This document shows, piece by piece, positions 42,650 to 53,252 of a stretch of 64,000 nucleotides of DNA; within the stretch, counting starts at the first letter, position 1; every line of letters starts with the position of its first letter. A program made the translations under genes and the position numbers. Below the pieces are notes generated by a model. That model was not told the origin of the DNA and ran no database searches. It saw only the letters and a list, made by a program, of their open reading frames with translations. The DNA lies in the NCBI GenBank assembly GCA_963749495.1, contig CAVVMW010000012.1, positions 224,001 to 288,000 on the forward strand, in the 5' to 3' direction. The stretch comes from an uncultured bacterium. GTDB lineage: Bacteria; Verrucomicrobiota; Verrucomicrobiia; Limisphaerales; UBA8199.

Positions 42650-42904
42650 ATGAGCGCAGTCGAACTCGCTGTCAGAGAAGTCAAAAAACTTTCGGCGCCG
42701 GAGGCCCGTCAACTGTTGCGCTGGCTGGGGGAGCGCAAGGGCAATGGAACTTCTCTCAAACAGCCCACTCGAAGACCGCGTCGCAAGAGCGCCGCTCGCC
42801 GTTCCATGCGAAAGCTCAAGGCATGGCAAGACTCGGTTCGTTTCACCACGGATTGGGAGCCGCCGCGAATGCCCGGCAACCTCGTCATGCCCGCTCGTGC
42901 GTGA
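42650..42904 (+). CDS. Putative antitoxin of the downstream VapC
   Basis: MSAVELAVREVKKLSAPEARQLLRWL; GTGA overlap with vapC. Confidence 0.7.
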   Translation: MSAVELAVREVKKLSAPEARQLLRWLGERKGNGTSLKQPTRRPRRKSAARRSMRKLKAWQDSVRFTTDWEPPRMPGNLVMPARA

Positions 42905-43305
42905 ACTTCGTGCTCGATACGAACGCGGTCAGCGAGGTGGAAAAGCCGCGGCCCAATCCTGGGCTGATCGCATGGCATGATGCCCAAGACGCCGCGCGCC
43001 TTTTCATCACTACCATCACACTGGCGGAAGTGTGGCACGGTTTTCATTGCCTGGAACCCGGCCACCCCGATTACGACCGCATCAAGAGATTCGCGGCCGA
43101 CCTGCCGCGGAAATATCGCGTGTTGAACTTCGACGCTCGCGCCGCGGCGATTTGGGGACAGCTCACCGCCCGTGCCGGCGGGCCGTTGCCCCTGCGGGAT
43201 TCGCTCATTGCCGCCATCGTCCGCTCGCGCGGCTTTCGGATCGTCACACGCGATGCCACGCCGTTCGAACGCATGGGCTGTAAAGTCCTCAGCCCGTGGA
43301 GTTAG
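42901..43305 (+). CDS. vapC: VapC-family PIN toxin
   Basis: FVLDTNAVSE, ITTITLAEV, LRDSLIAA, IVTRD. Confidence 0.9.
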   Translation: MNFVLDTNAVSEVEKPRPNPGLIAWHDAQDAARLFITTITLAEVWHGFHCLEPGHPDYDRIKRFAADLPRKYRVLNFDARAAAIWGQLTARAGGPLPLRDSLIAAIVRSRGFRIVTRDATPFERMGCKVLSPWS

Positions 43306-43521
43306 AACGGAGCAGGACCGGAGCCTCGGCTGGCCGTGTGTGATCGGCGCGAGCGCGGCGGTTATCAGACTCAGCCGCAGAATTGCGGAAGTGCCATTGG
43401 CCGGATTCGCTTGCCGCAAGTCCATTCGGCGCCGTGCACTTTTCCGAATCGCTTTTTCCAAAGCGCGCCGCTAGGCTCCCCGGCAGCAAAACCGAGCGCA
43501 ACGTAACGAAAGAGTCGCGGC

Positions 43522-45491
43522 ATGCACACACAGGCTATCCAGATGCAGTGGGTCGATTGGGCCATCGTCGTGTTCACCCTGTTCATCTGCTTCATCCCGG
43601 CCCTGTTTTTCGGCAAACGCGCGGGCAAGAACACGTCCGAGTTCTTCGTCTCCGGCCGTTCGGTGCCCGTGGTGGCTGGCGGGGCTGTCGATGGTGGCCA
43701 CGACCTTCAGCAGCGACACGCCGAACCTGGTGACGGACATCGTGCGGCGGCAGGGGGTGTCGGGCAACTGGTGCTGGTGGGCCTTTACGCTCACGGGCGT
43801 GGCCACGGTCTTCTTCTATGCCCGGCTGTGGCGCCGCTCCGGGGTGATGACCGACCTGGAGTTTTACGAGGTGCGCTATTCGGGCAAGGCGGCCGGGTTC
43901 GTGCGCGGGTTCCGCTCGGTCTATCTGGGCCTGTTCTTCAACTGTTTCATCATGGGCACGGTCCTGCTGGCGGCCTGCAAGATCGCGGCCATCCTCTTCG
44001 GCCTGGAGCGATGGCAGACGCTCCTGTTGTGCGGGGCGCTCAACGTGGTCTTCGCGGCCCATTCCGGCCTCTGGGGCGTGCTGGTCATCGATATGATCCA
44101 GTTTTTCATCAAGATGACGGCGGTGACAGCGGCGGCGTATTTTGCGGTCGAACACATCGGTGGCCTGCACGCGCTGGTGGGGGCGCTTTCCGCCAAGGCA
44201 GGCCCCAACGGCATCAACTACCTGAACATGTTGCCCAGCTTCAAGAGCGCCAACTGGGACACGGCCGTGGCGGTCTTCATCATGCCCATCGCCGTGCAAT
44301 GGTGGGCGGTCTGGTATCCCGGGGCGGAGCCCGGCGGCGGCAGCTACATCGCCCAGCGCATGCTGGCTTCCAAATCGGAAAAGGACTCCCTGGGCGCCGT
44401 GCCTCTTCTTCAACGTGGCCCATTACGTGCTGCGGCCCTGGCCCTGGATACTCGTGGCCCTCTGCTCGCTATTGGTCTTTCCCCAACTCTCCGACATCCA
44501 GGCCGCCTTCCCGCACCTGGACCCGAAATTGCTCGGGCACGACATCGCCTACCCCGCCATGCTCAAGTTCCTGCCGGTGGGCTTCATCGGGCTGATGGTG
44601 GGCGGCCTGATAGCGGCCAACTCCTCGACCATCCTGACGCACCTGAACTGGGGCGCCTCCTACCTGGTGCATGACTGCTACCGCCGGTTCATCCGCCCGG
44701 CCGCCAGCGAGAGGCACTACGTCTGGACCGGCCGCTGTGTGACCCTCGGCCTGTTCGTCTGCGCCGCCGGCATGGTCTATGTCCTGGACACCGCCAAGGA
44801 TGCGTTCGATGTCATCCTGCAGGTGGGCGCGGGCACAGGGTTGCTCTACCTGCTGCGCTGGTTCTGGTGGCGCATCAACGCCTGGTGCGAAGTGGCCGCC
44901 ATGATCAGTTCGTTTCTCACCTCGGCCGGCATTCTGGCCTGCAACAAGCTGCACGCCGCCGCCATGACGACCGCCATCTCCCGCTCGCTCCAGGCGGTCT
45001 ATGCGGACCAACCCGGCCTGCTCAAGGCCAAGACCCAGGAGGCCCTGGCCAACCTGCCCCCGTTCATTGCCACCCACCTGGCGCTCATCATCACCATCCT
45101 CCTGACCACGCTCTGTTGGGTGCTGACCGCCTATTTCGGACCCCAGACGGACCGGCAGACGCTTATCTCCTTTTACAAGAAAATCAGGCCGTTCGGCCCC
45201 GGCTGGCGCCGCATCCGCCTGGCGGCGGGAGTTAGCGACGCCGAGGCGGCCGCCACGCGCGAGAATATCCCGCTGGCCCTGCTGGGCTGGGCGGCGGGCT
45301 GCACGGTGATTTGGTCGGGGCTCTTCACCGTGGGCAACTTTCTCTACGGATGCCTGGATCTGGCCTTGACGCTCCTTGGGGTGTTCATTGTCGGCGCCCT
45401 CGCGCTGCTTTACGTCATGAACCGGCTCTGGACAGCCCCGACCACTGCGGCAGCCGCGGAGCGCCAGAGCATTGAGGACGTCAAGGGGTGA
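43522..45491 (+). CDS. Sodium:solute symporter family protein (frameshifts ~43668 and ~44402)
   Basis: EFFVSGRS.PWWLAGLSMVATTFSSDTP, EPGGGSYIAQRMLA, STILTHLNWGASY; many TM helices across three consecutive ORFs. Confidence 0.88.
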
Positions 45492-45549
45492 TGAAGGTGG
45501 ACCGCTCCACCGACAGTTCTAATCGCACCCCGCGGCAGACGCCGGTAGC

Positions 45550-45830
45550 CGGTCAGTGAAGGCGGAGACGGACTGCCGGGCCGACCCCTCACCCCGGCCC
45601 TCTCGGTCCACGGTTCGGGGCGTGGGAATTATCGCGCGTCGCGTAGCGGCGCAGTGAAGGTAGCCGTGGACCTCGGTCCACGGTTCAGGGCGTGGGAAAG
45701 GTCACGCGTCGCGTAGCGACGCCTGACAGCGTCGCGGTTTTCAGGCGTCGCTACGCGACGCGGTCGAGCTTGGGCCATGGGTCCGTGGACTGGAAGTCCA
45801 CGGCTACCATCGGGCACCGCTACGCGGTGA
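45550..45830. repeat. Composite repeat cluster: MITE end plus GTAGCCGTGG-type and CGCGTCGCGTAGCG-type palindromes
   Basis: 45550-45604 closely matches the reverse complement of the 15049-15263 right end; then GTAGCCGTGGACCTCGGTCCACGG / CCGTGGACTGGAAGTCCACGGCTAC and CGCGTCGCGTAGCGACGCCTGA / TCAGGCGTCGCTACGCGACGCG. Confidence 0.8.
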
Positions 45831-45917
45831 GCCGGGGGTAGTGGCGCTCGGACCTTCACTGGGGCCTTACAGACGCCGCCTTGCCAACCTTGCCGGTATG
45901 CGGTTAACTTTCGCCTC

Positions 45918-47120
45918 ATGAGTTGCCGAGTATGTGATTCGACCCGCCTGGAGTTGGCCATCGATTTGGGGCGGCAGCCGTGGTGCAACCATTTCCTGCG
46001 CCGCGAGGAGGTGGGGCTGGAGCCCTTCTACCCGTTGCGGGTCGTCTATTGCCACGATTGCTGCACCGCCCAGCTCGATTTCACGGTCAAGAAGGAGGTC
46101 ATGTTTGGCGACCACACTTATCTTTCGGGCGTCACCCGGTCGCTCAGCGAGCATTTCCGCGGGATCGCCCGCGAGGTGGACGAGCGGTTTTTCAAGGACG
46201 CCCCGGGCAAGGCCGTGCTCGACATCGGCTCGAACGATGGGACGCAGCTCAAGCATTTCCAGGCGCTGGGCTACGAGGCGCTGGGGGTGGAATCGTCCAA
46301 GACCACCGCCCGCATCGCCCAGGAGAGCGGCGTTCCGACGCTCAACCGGTTTTTCAACCTCCAAACGGCGCAGGGCCTGGGCCAGAAATTCCATGCCATC
46401 AACGCCGCCGGGGTCTTCTTCCACCTGGAGGAGCTCCACTCGGTCGCCGAGGGCATCCGCGAGGTGCTGCGGGACGACGGCGTCTTCGTCGTGCAGTTCC
46501 TTTACATGAAGCGCATCGTGGAAAACCTCGCCTTCGACCAAATCTACCACGAGCACTTGCTCTACTACACCCTGGAGACGATCCAGCGGCTGCTCGGCCG
46601 GCACGGTCTGGCGCTCTTCGACGCCTACCTGGCCCCGATTCACGGCGGCTCGATGATCGCCTTCGCCACACATCAGCGCCGCGGCGTGCCGCCCTCGGAC
46701 CGCCTGCGCGCGCTCCTGCGGGCTGAGGCGGCGGAGCACAGCAACGACTTCGCCACTTATCTGGACTTCGCCCGGCGCATCGAACAGATGAAGGCCGAGA
46801 ACCTCGCCTGGCTCGACCGCGCCAAGGCCGCCGGCAAACGCGTCTTCGGCATGGGCGCCCCGGTCAAGGGCAACACCCTCCTCAATTACTTCAAGATCGG
46901 CACCCAATACCTGGACTGCCTGGTCGAGAAGAACGAGCTGCGCCGCGGCCTCTACTCGCCCGGCATGCACATCCCGGTGGTCATCGAAAAGGAGCTGGCC
47001 CAACTCCCGGACCTCTATTATGTGCTGGCCTGGAATTTCAAAAAGGAGATCCTTGCCAACAACCGGCAATTGATTGATCGGGGGATCGAGTTTTTCTTTC
47101 CAGTCAACCCGAAGGATTGA
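45918..47120 (+). CDS. NDP-sugar C-methyltransferase family (Zn-binding N-terminus, class I SAM domain)
   Basis: CRVC..LGRQP, CHDC, LDIGSNDGT, FDQIYHEH, HGGS, GAPVKGNTLL, LAWNF. Confidence 0.88.
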   Translation: MSCRVCDSTRLELAIDLGRQPWCNHFLRREEVGLEPFYPLRVVYCHDCCTAQLDFTVKKEVMFGDHTYLSGVTRSLSEHFRGIAREVDERFFKDAPGKAVLDIGSNDGTQLKHFQALGYEALGVESSKTTARIAQESGVPTLNRFFNLQTAQGLGQKFHAINAAGVFFHLEELHSVAEGIREVLRDDGVFVVQFLYMKRIVENLAFDQIYHEHLLYYTLETIQRLLGRHGLALFDAYLAPIHGGSMIAFATHQRRGVPPSDRLRALLRAEAAEHSNDFATYLDFARRIEQMKAENLAWLDRAKAAGKRVFGMGAPVKGNTLLNYFKIGTQYLDCLVEKNELRRGLYSPGMHIPVVIEKELAQLPDLYYVLAWNFKKEILANNRQLIDRGIEFFFPVNPKD

Positions 47121-47132
47121 GGGGACTGCCAG

Positions 47133-48073
47133 ATGAAGATCATCGTCACGGGCGCCAGCGGTTTCCTGGGGACCGCTCTATGCGCGAGGCTCGAGGGGAC
47201 GGCCACCAGGTCGTGCGGCTCAACTCGAAGAATTGCGACCTCACGCGGCCCGAATCGCTGGAGGCCTTCAGCGGCACGGCCTATGACCGGATCTATCACC
47301 TGGCGGCCTGGACCCAGGCGGGGGACTTCTGCCTGGCCCACCCGGGCGAGCAATGGCTCATCAACCAGCGGCTCAACACCCACGTGCTGGCCTGGTGGCA
47401 GCAGCGCCAGCCCCAGGCCAAACTCGTTGCCATGGGCACCAGTTGCGCCTACGCCCCGGAGGCGGAACTGGCCGAGGAGAACTACATGACCGGCCTGCCG
47501 ATCGAGAGCCTCTTCACCTACGCCATGACCAAGCGCATGCTCTACGCCGGCCTGCTCGCCCTCCACAAGCAATTCGGCCTCAAGTACCTCTGCCTGGTCC
47601 CCTCGACCCTCTACGGCCCGGGCTATCACGCGGACGGCCGCCAGATGCACTTCATCTTCGATCTCATCCGCAAAATCCTCCGCGGCAAATTGCACGGCGA
47701 GCCGGTCGTCCTCTGGGGCGACGGCCACCAGACCCGCGAACTGGTGTACGTCGAGGATTTCGTGCGCATCGCCCTGGACCTGGACCGGTTGCGCGAGAAT
47801 GACCTGGTCAACATCGGGGCCGGCGTCGAGTTCAGCATCCGGCACTTTGCCTGGCTCATCTGCGAGCAGGTGGGCTACGATTTCAAGGCCATCCGGTTCG
47901 ACACCGCGCGCTACGTCGGAGCGCGCTCGAAATGCCTCTCCATCCGCAAGCTGCGCCAATTGCTCCCCGACGTCCGGTTTACGCCCCTGGAAACCGGCCT
48001 GGCCCGCACCATCAACTGGTTCCAGACCGCCGGCCGCACCCTCCTGGCCAAGGCGCCGGGCTCCAACGCGTGA
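47133..48073 (+). CDS. NAD-dependent epimerase/dehydratase, GDP-fucose-synthase-like (frameshift ~47197)
   Basis: VTGASGFLG, HLAA, GTSCAY, YAMTK (YxxxK), LYGPG, WGDGHQTRE. Confidence 0.88.
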
Positions 48074-48202
48074 CCCAAAACCTCGCCTGAGCCAATCCGA
48101 ATGCGCGACGCCAGGCAGCAGCATCAACCCTCTTCAGCTTCCATGCCAATCGAGAAAACCTGGAACGGAATGCGCGCAATACCCGGCAAAGGCCTCTTCT
48201 CA

Positions 48203-48336
48203 ATGATTCTGCCAACAATGATTTTGCCGTCCTTCCGTGCCTTCGTCCCAAAATCATTTGCTTTCCGGAAGGAGGCAAAATCATTTCTGGCAGAATCATG
48301 AAAAAATCCTCTTCTGTGTATTCCGTGTGTTCCGTT
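48203..48336. repeat. Small palindromic and tandem repeats
   Basis: ATGATTCTGCCAACAATGATTTTGCC / GGCAAAATCATTTCTGGCAGAATCAT inverted pair, then TTCTGTGTATTCCGTGTGTTCCG 9-mers. Confidence 0.7.
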
Positions 48337-48469
48337 CTCAAGAAACGCTCAGGCGACGATTCAGGCGTGAGGACAGAGCTTGCCGCGTTGGCGCACCTGC
48401 GGTACAAACACGCCGTTCAATCCGATGAAACTTCCGGGGCGGGCGGTGGGTATTATTGAGGGTCGAACT

Positions 48470-49294
48470 ATGAACACGAAGCACAAGAAGACCATGACAC
48501 TCAATTTGGCGCTGCTGAGCGCGGGTTTGGCGGCGGGGCTGTTGAGCGCGGGGTGCGTGCCCGGCGCGGCCTCGGCCCGGGCCCAATTCAAGGAGGAGGT
48601 GCATCAGACCTACCGGCTGGCGGCGGACGGCCGGCTGAGCCTGGCCAACGTCAACGGCAGCATCCGTCTGAGCGTCTGGGACCGGCCGGAGGTCCAGCTC
48701 GAGGCCGTCAAGCGCGCGAGCCGGGAGCAAGACCTGGCCGGCATCAAGATCCTTGTCGACTCCAAGCCCGACTCCCTGACGATCCGGACCAAGTCCCCCG
48801 AATCGTGGGGTTGGTGGGGTTGGAGGCGGCGCTGCTCAGTGGATTATACCCTGACGGTGCCTGCACTGGTGCGCTTGGAGGACGTTTCGTCGGTCAACGG
48901 CCTGATCGGAATCGACGGCGCCCGCGGCCCGCTCAAGGCCTCGACAGTGAACGGGACCCTCTCGGCGGAGGGCCTCGCGGGCAACGCCTCCCTCTCCAGC
49001 GTCAACGGCGTGGTCCACGCCGGCTTCGTGAGCCTGGAGAAGGTCAAGTCCATCTCCGCCTCCACGGTCAACGGCGCGTGCGAGTTGAACCTGCCGGCGG
49101 GGGCCAATGCCGACGTGTCGGCCAGCACCGTCAACGGCCGCATCACCGGCGATGTCCCGGTCAAGAAGAACTGGCCGGTGGGCTGCGAGGTCAAGGCGCG
49201 GTTGGGCCAGGGCGGGACGAAGGTCCACCTCAGCACCGTCAATGGCGGCGTGCGAATTCATCTCGTGAAACCCGAAGCCGAGAAGGCGCCATGA
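48470..49294 (+). CDS. DUF4097-family beta-strand repeat lipoprotein
   Basis: LSAGC lipobox; repeated S[T/S]VNG units. Confidence 0.8.
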   Translation: MNTKHKKTMTLNLALLSAGLAAGLLSAGCVPGAASARAQFKEEVHQTYRLAADGRLSLANVNGSIRLSVWDRPEVQLEAVKRASREQDLAGIKILVDSKPDSLTIRTKSPESWGWWGWRRRCSVDYTLTVPALVRLEDVSSVNGLIGIDGARGPLKASTVNGTLSAEGLAGNASLSSVNGVVHAGFVSLEKVKSISASTVNGACELNLPAGANADVSASTVNGRITGDVPVKKNWPVGCEVKARLGQGGTKVHLSTVNGGVRIHLVKPEAEKAP

Positions 49295-50481
49295 AGAGGC
49301 GCCGCCGGCTTCTGGTTCCGGCTGCAGTCATCGTCGTCCTGGCCCTCGGGATTGGCGCCGCCACCCTCGCCTTTCAAAAACCCAAGCCGATCCCGGCGGA
49401 GAAGCTCGTCACCGCCGAGCGGGGAGACGTGGCCCGGTCGGTGGTGGCGCGGGGGAAGATCGAGGCGTTGTCGAAGGTTGACATCAAGTCCAAGGCCAAC
49501 GGGATCATCAAGGCGCTTCTGGTTGACGTGGGCGACGTGGTCAAGGAAGGGCAGGTGCTCTGCGAGTTGGACAAGGAGGACCTCCAGGCGCAGGTGCGCG
49601 AGGCGCGGGCAACCCGGGACGCCGAAGAGGCCAACCTGCACGCGGCCATCGCCGTCGAGGCCCGGGCGCGCATCGAGGCCGCCAACCCCGAACTCGAATT
49701 CACCCGGCGCGACCAGGAGCGGGCGCGGGACTTGTTCAAAGAGAAGATCGCCTCCCAACAGCAGTTGGATGACGCCACCCGCGCCTACGAGGTTGCCCGG
49801 AACCGCCAGGAGTTGCTCGAGGCGGCCGTGCAGACCGCCGGGGCGCAGGTCGAGCAGGCCCGCGCCCGCGTGGCGGCCGCAGAAGCCGCGCTGGATCGGG
49901 CCGAGGAAAACCTGGGCTACGCGACCATCCACGCCCCCATCAGCGGCCTGGTGCTCACGCGCGACACGGAGGTGGGCGACGCGGTCTCCTCAATCCTGAA
50001 CCTGGGCAGCGCGGCCACGCTCATCATGACCCTGGGCGACACGAGCACCGTCTATATCAAGGGCGAGGTCGATGAGGCGGACATCGGCAAGGCCGAGTGC
50101 GGCCAACATGTCCGCACCCGGGTCGAGTCCTTTCCCAACGAGTCGTTCGAGGGGGTGGTCAAGCGCATCGCCCCGATGGGCAAGGAGCTGAACAACGTGA
50201 CCACCTTCGAGGTGCGCGTTTCGATCTCCAATCCCCAGGGCAAGCTGCGCGTCAAAATGACCGCCAATGCCGAAATCGTCCTCGAAGAACACAAGAATGC
50301 GCTCCTGGTTTCCGAGGCCGCCCTGGTGTATGACAAGGACAAGAGGGCCTCGGTGCAGCTCCTCGATCCGGCGTCCAGGACCGGCTGGCGCAAGAGGCCG
50401 CTCCAGATCGGCATTTCCAACGGCCAGCGCACCGAGGTCTTGGCCGGGCTCAAGGAGGCCGACAAGCTGGTCCTGCCATGA
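49291..50481 (+). CDS. MacA/HlyD-type periplasmic adaptor subunit
   Basis: N-terminal TM, VDVGDVVKEGQVL, helical hairpin, IHAPISG, VDEADIG, MTANAEI. Confidence 0.9.
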   Translation: MKRRRRLLVPAAVIVVLALGIGAATLAFQKPKPIPAEKLVTAERGDVARSVVARGKIEALSKVDIKSKANGIIKALLVDVGDVVKEGQVLCELDKEDLQAQVREARATRDAEEANLHAAIAVEARARIEAANPELEFTRRDQERARDLFKEKIASQQQLDDATRAYEVARNRQELLEAAVQTAGAQVEQARARVAAAEAALDRAEENLGYATIHAPISGLVLTRDTEVGDAVSSILNLGSAATLIMTLGDTSTVYIKGEVDEADIGKAECGQHVRTRVESFPNESFEGVVKRIAPMGKELNNVTTFEVRVSISNPQGKLRVKMTANAEIVLEEHKNALLVSEAALVYDKDKRASVQLLDPASRTGWRKRPLQIGISNGQRTEVLAGLKEADKLVLP

Positions 50482-51731
50482 CCTTTGCCGGCGAGATCTT
50501 CGTTCAGACCCTGCGCAACATCTGGGCGCACAAGCTGCGCAGCGTGCTGACGATGTTCGGGATCTCCTGGGGCGTCGCCTCGATTGTCTTCATGATCGCC
50601 ATTGGCGAGGGTTTCAAGCACGGCTACAACAAAATGCTCTCCGCGATGGGGACTGACCTCGTGATCCTGTGGGGGGGACGCACCCGGTTGCAGGCCGGGG
50701 GCCAGCGCGCCGGACGCGACATCCGCTTCGCGTATGAGGATGTCGAGGCCATCCGGCAGGAATGCTACCTGGTCCGGCACGTGGCGGCGGAGCTGGAGAG
50801 TTCTCTGCCGGTCCGCAGCCGGTTTAACTCGGGGACGTTCTCCACGCACGGCATCTCTCCCATCTACCAGGAAATCCGCTCGATGAACCTGGCCGCCGGG
50901 CGCCACATCTCGGAGACGGACATGCGCGAGGCACAGCCGGTCTGCGTGCTGGGCGACGATGTGAGGCGGCAGCTCTTTGCCGACCGCTCGGCGGTCGGAG
51001 CCCAAGTCTATATCCGGGACGTGCCGTTCACCGTCATTGCGGAACTCTCCAAGAAAGACCAGAACAATTCCTATAATGGGCTGGACGGGGACAAGGTCCT
51101 CATCCCGTACTCGGCCATGGCCAGGCACTTTCCCGACCCGCGCCCGTTCATCGGGCCTGGGCGGGTCGAAAACATCCTGTTCGCCCCCGCGCGGGCGGAG
51201 GACCATCTCCAGGCCGTGCGGCAGGTCAAGCGGGTGCTGGGCAGGCGGCATGGGTTCGACCCTGCGGACGAGGGGGCGATCTGGTGCTGGGACACCGTGC
51301 AGATGGCGCAAATGGTGAGCCACATCTACGATTCGATGGAGCTGTTCCTGAGCTTCATGGCCTTGGTGACCCTCGCGCTGGGGGGCCTGGGCGTGATGAA
51401 TATCATGCTGGTCTCGGTGGCCGAGCGGACGCGGGAGATTGGGGTCAAACAGGCGGTGGGCGCCACGCCGGGGAGGATACTGCTGGAGTTCTTCGTCGAG
51501 GCGATAGCTTTGACAATGTTGAGCGGTCTGGCGGGCCTGGCGGCGGCCTGGGGCATCTGCTCGGGGGTCAATCGCCTGCCGCTGCCTCCCTTGTTCTCCG
51601 GGCTGCCGGTCACGCCCGGCACCGCCATGGTGGCCTTTGGGACGCTGGTGCTGGTGGGGGTTTTGTCCGCCATTTACCCGGCCCGGCGGGCCTCGCGCCT
51701 GGCCCCGGTGGAGGCGCTCAGGTACGAATGA
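50478..51731 (+). CDS. MacB/FtsX-type ABC permease
   Basis: KLRSVLTMFGISWG, GGLGVMNIMLVSVAERTREIG, PARRASRLAPVEALRYE. Confidence 0.92.
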   Translation: MTFAGEIFVQTLRNIWAHKLRSVLTMFGISWGVASIVFMIAIGEGFKHGYNKMLSAMGTDLVILWGGRTRLQAGGQRAGRDIRFAYEDVEAIRQECYLVRHVAAELESSLPVRSRFNSGTFSTHGISPIYQEIRSMNLAAGRHISETDMREAQPVCVLGDDVRRQLFADRSAVGAQVYIRDVPFTVIAELSKKDQNNSYNGLDGDKVLIPYSAMARHFPDPRPFIGPGRVENILFAPARAEDHLQAVRQVKRVLGRRHGFDPADEGAIWCWDTVQMAQMVSHIYDSMELFLSFMALVTLALGGLGVMNIMLVSVAERTREIGVKQAVGATPGRILLEFFVEAIALTMLSGLAGLAAAWGICSGVNRLPLPPLFSGLPVTPGTAMVAFGTLVLVGVLSAIYPARRASRLAPVEALRYE

Positions 51732-53035
51732 CCCGGGAAACGCCAGTTCAACCACGGATGAACACGACTGCCGCACTCAGAATGCTCGGCTATATCCTTC
51801 GCGAGGCCCTCGGGGCGTTGGCGCACTACCGGCTGCGGTCCGTGCTGACGATGCTGAGCATCGTCTGGGGCGTCGCCTCGATGGTGTTGCTGCTGGCCTA
51901 CGGACAGGGATTCGAGCGGGCGCTGACGAGGGCCTTCCTGCAAATCGGGAAAGACCTGGTGGTGGTGTTTCCGGGGCAGACCAGCGTGCAGGCGGGCGGG
52001 GAGCGCTCCGGGCGGTATATCCTCCTGGAGTTGAGCGATGTCAAAGCCATCCAGGAGGGAGTGCCTACGGTCGAGGCGATCTCGCCGGAGGTCCGGCGCT
52101 TTTGTTCTTTCGTCTTCAACGACCGGACGCGCAACTACTCGGTCAGCGGCGTGTATGCCTCCTACCAGCGCATTCGGGAGGCCCAAGTCGCGGCCGGGAG
52201 ATTTGTCACGGAAGAAGACGTGCTGCGCCGGCGGCGGGTGGTGGTCATCGGGGAAACGCTCCGCAAGGAACTCTTTAGCGGCCTGCCCGCACTCGGCAGC
52301 GAGATCAAGATCAACGGCGTGCGCTTCACCGTGGTTGGCGTGCTGCGCAAGAAAACTCAGGTCACCAACTACTCCGCGCCGGACGACATGACGGCGTTTG
52401 TCCCCTTGAGCACCTTGTCGGGCCTGGCGGACATCCGCTACCTGAACGACATCGTGCTGCTGCCGGCCAGCAACCAGTTCCGCGACCGGATTGTGACGGA
52501 CGTGCGCACCGCCCTGGCCCGCGCCCACAACTTCAACGTCACCGACACCCGCGCCGTCAACATCATCGAGTGGAACAAATTCCTCGCCCTCATCACCAAC
52601 GTCAGCCTCGGGCTCAAGCTCCTGCTCACAATTATCGGGACCTTTACCTTGAGCATCGGCGCCGTGGGCGTGGTCAACATCATGCTGGTCTCCGTGACCG
52701 AACGGACGCGCGAGATCGGCGTGCTCAAGGCCCTGGGCGCCCGGCGCCGGCACATCCTCTTGCAGATCCTCCTCGAGGGGCTCGTGCTGACGCTCACCGG
52801 CGGCCTGCTCGGCTTCCTGCTGGCCGCCGGCCTGGTCAAGCTGATCGGCTCATTGCCCTTCCTGGGAGCGCTCTTCGACGACACCTCCGGCCAGGGAGAC
52901 ATCTACCTTGTGGTCTCGCTTTCCGCCCTGGTCATTTCGAGCTCGATCCTCACTATCGTCGGCCTGATTGCCGGCATGATCCCCGCCATTCGGGCCGCCC
53001 GCCTCGACCCAGTCCAGGCGATCCGCAGTGAGTAG
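51728..53035 (+). CDS. MacB/FtsX-type ABC permease, second paralog (start 51728-51782)
   Basis: RLRSVLTMLSIVWG, GVVNIMLVSVTERTREIG, PAIRAARLDPVQAIRSE. Confidence 0.92.
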   Translation: MTRETPVQPRMNTTAALRMLGYILREALGALAHYRLRSVLTMLSIVWGVASMVLLLAYGQGFERALTRAFLQIGKDLVVVFPGQTSVQAGGERSGRYILLELSDVKAIQEGVPTVEAISPEVRRFCSFVFNDRTRNYSVSGVYASYQRIREAQVAAGRFVTEEDVLRRRRVVVIGETLRKELFSGLPALGSEIKINGVRFTVVGVLRKKTQVTNYSAPDDMTAFVPLSTLSGLADIRYLNDIVLLPASNQFRDRIVTDVRTALARAHNFNVTDTRAVNIIEWNKFLALITNVSLGLKLLLTIIGTFTLSIGAVGVVNIMLVSVTERTREIGVLKALGARRRHILLQILLEGLVLTLTGGLLGFLLAAGLVKLIGSLPFLGALFDDTSGQGDIYLVVSLSALVISSSILTIVGLIAGMIPAIRAARLDPVQAIRSE

Positions 53036-53104
53036 AATCAGTCCACAGTCCACAGTCTGTCCTTTTCGTCCCTGGGCCCTCGGTACACAAGCATGCGGAC
53101 CTAT

Positions 53105-53192
53105 TATTCGTCATTCGTCATTCGTCATTCGTCATTCGTCATTCCAGACTCCGCACTCCGCATTCCGCACTCCGCATTCGGTCCATTCGTCA
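53105..53192. repeat. Heptamer tandem repeats (ATTCGTC x5, then CCGCA[C/T]T x4)
   Basis: Directly visible at 53105-53145 and 53150-53178. Confidence 0.85.
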
Positions 53193-53252
53193 TTGCACCG
53201 TCCCTCCGCCGCCGCCTATCCTTGGCCGCCTGAAAATCCAAATCATTCCGCC

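Larger units (their letters stand above)
41732..42918 (+). repeat. 432-bp diverged direct repeat (41732-42163 and 42487-42918)
   Basis: Both copies run from GGATTTTGC to GTGAACTTCGTGC[C/T]CGAT at a constant 755-bp offset. Confidence 0.9.

Noticed and set aside
48553..49290. N-terminal extension making a 642-aa adaptor protein
   Set aside because: Overlaps the DUF4097 gene out of frame; ATG 49291 gives a normal TM-anchored start with an ATGA overlap.
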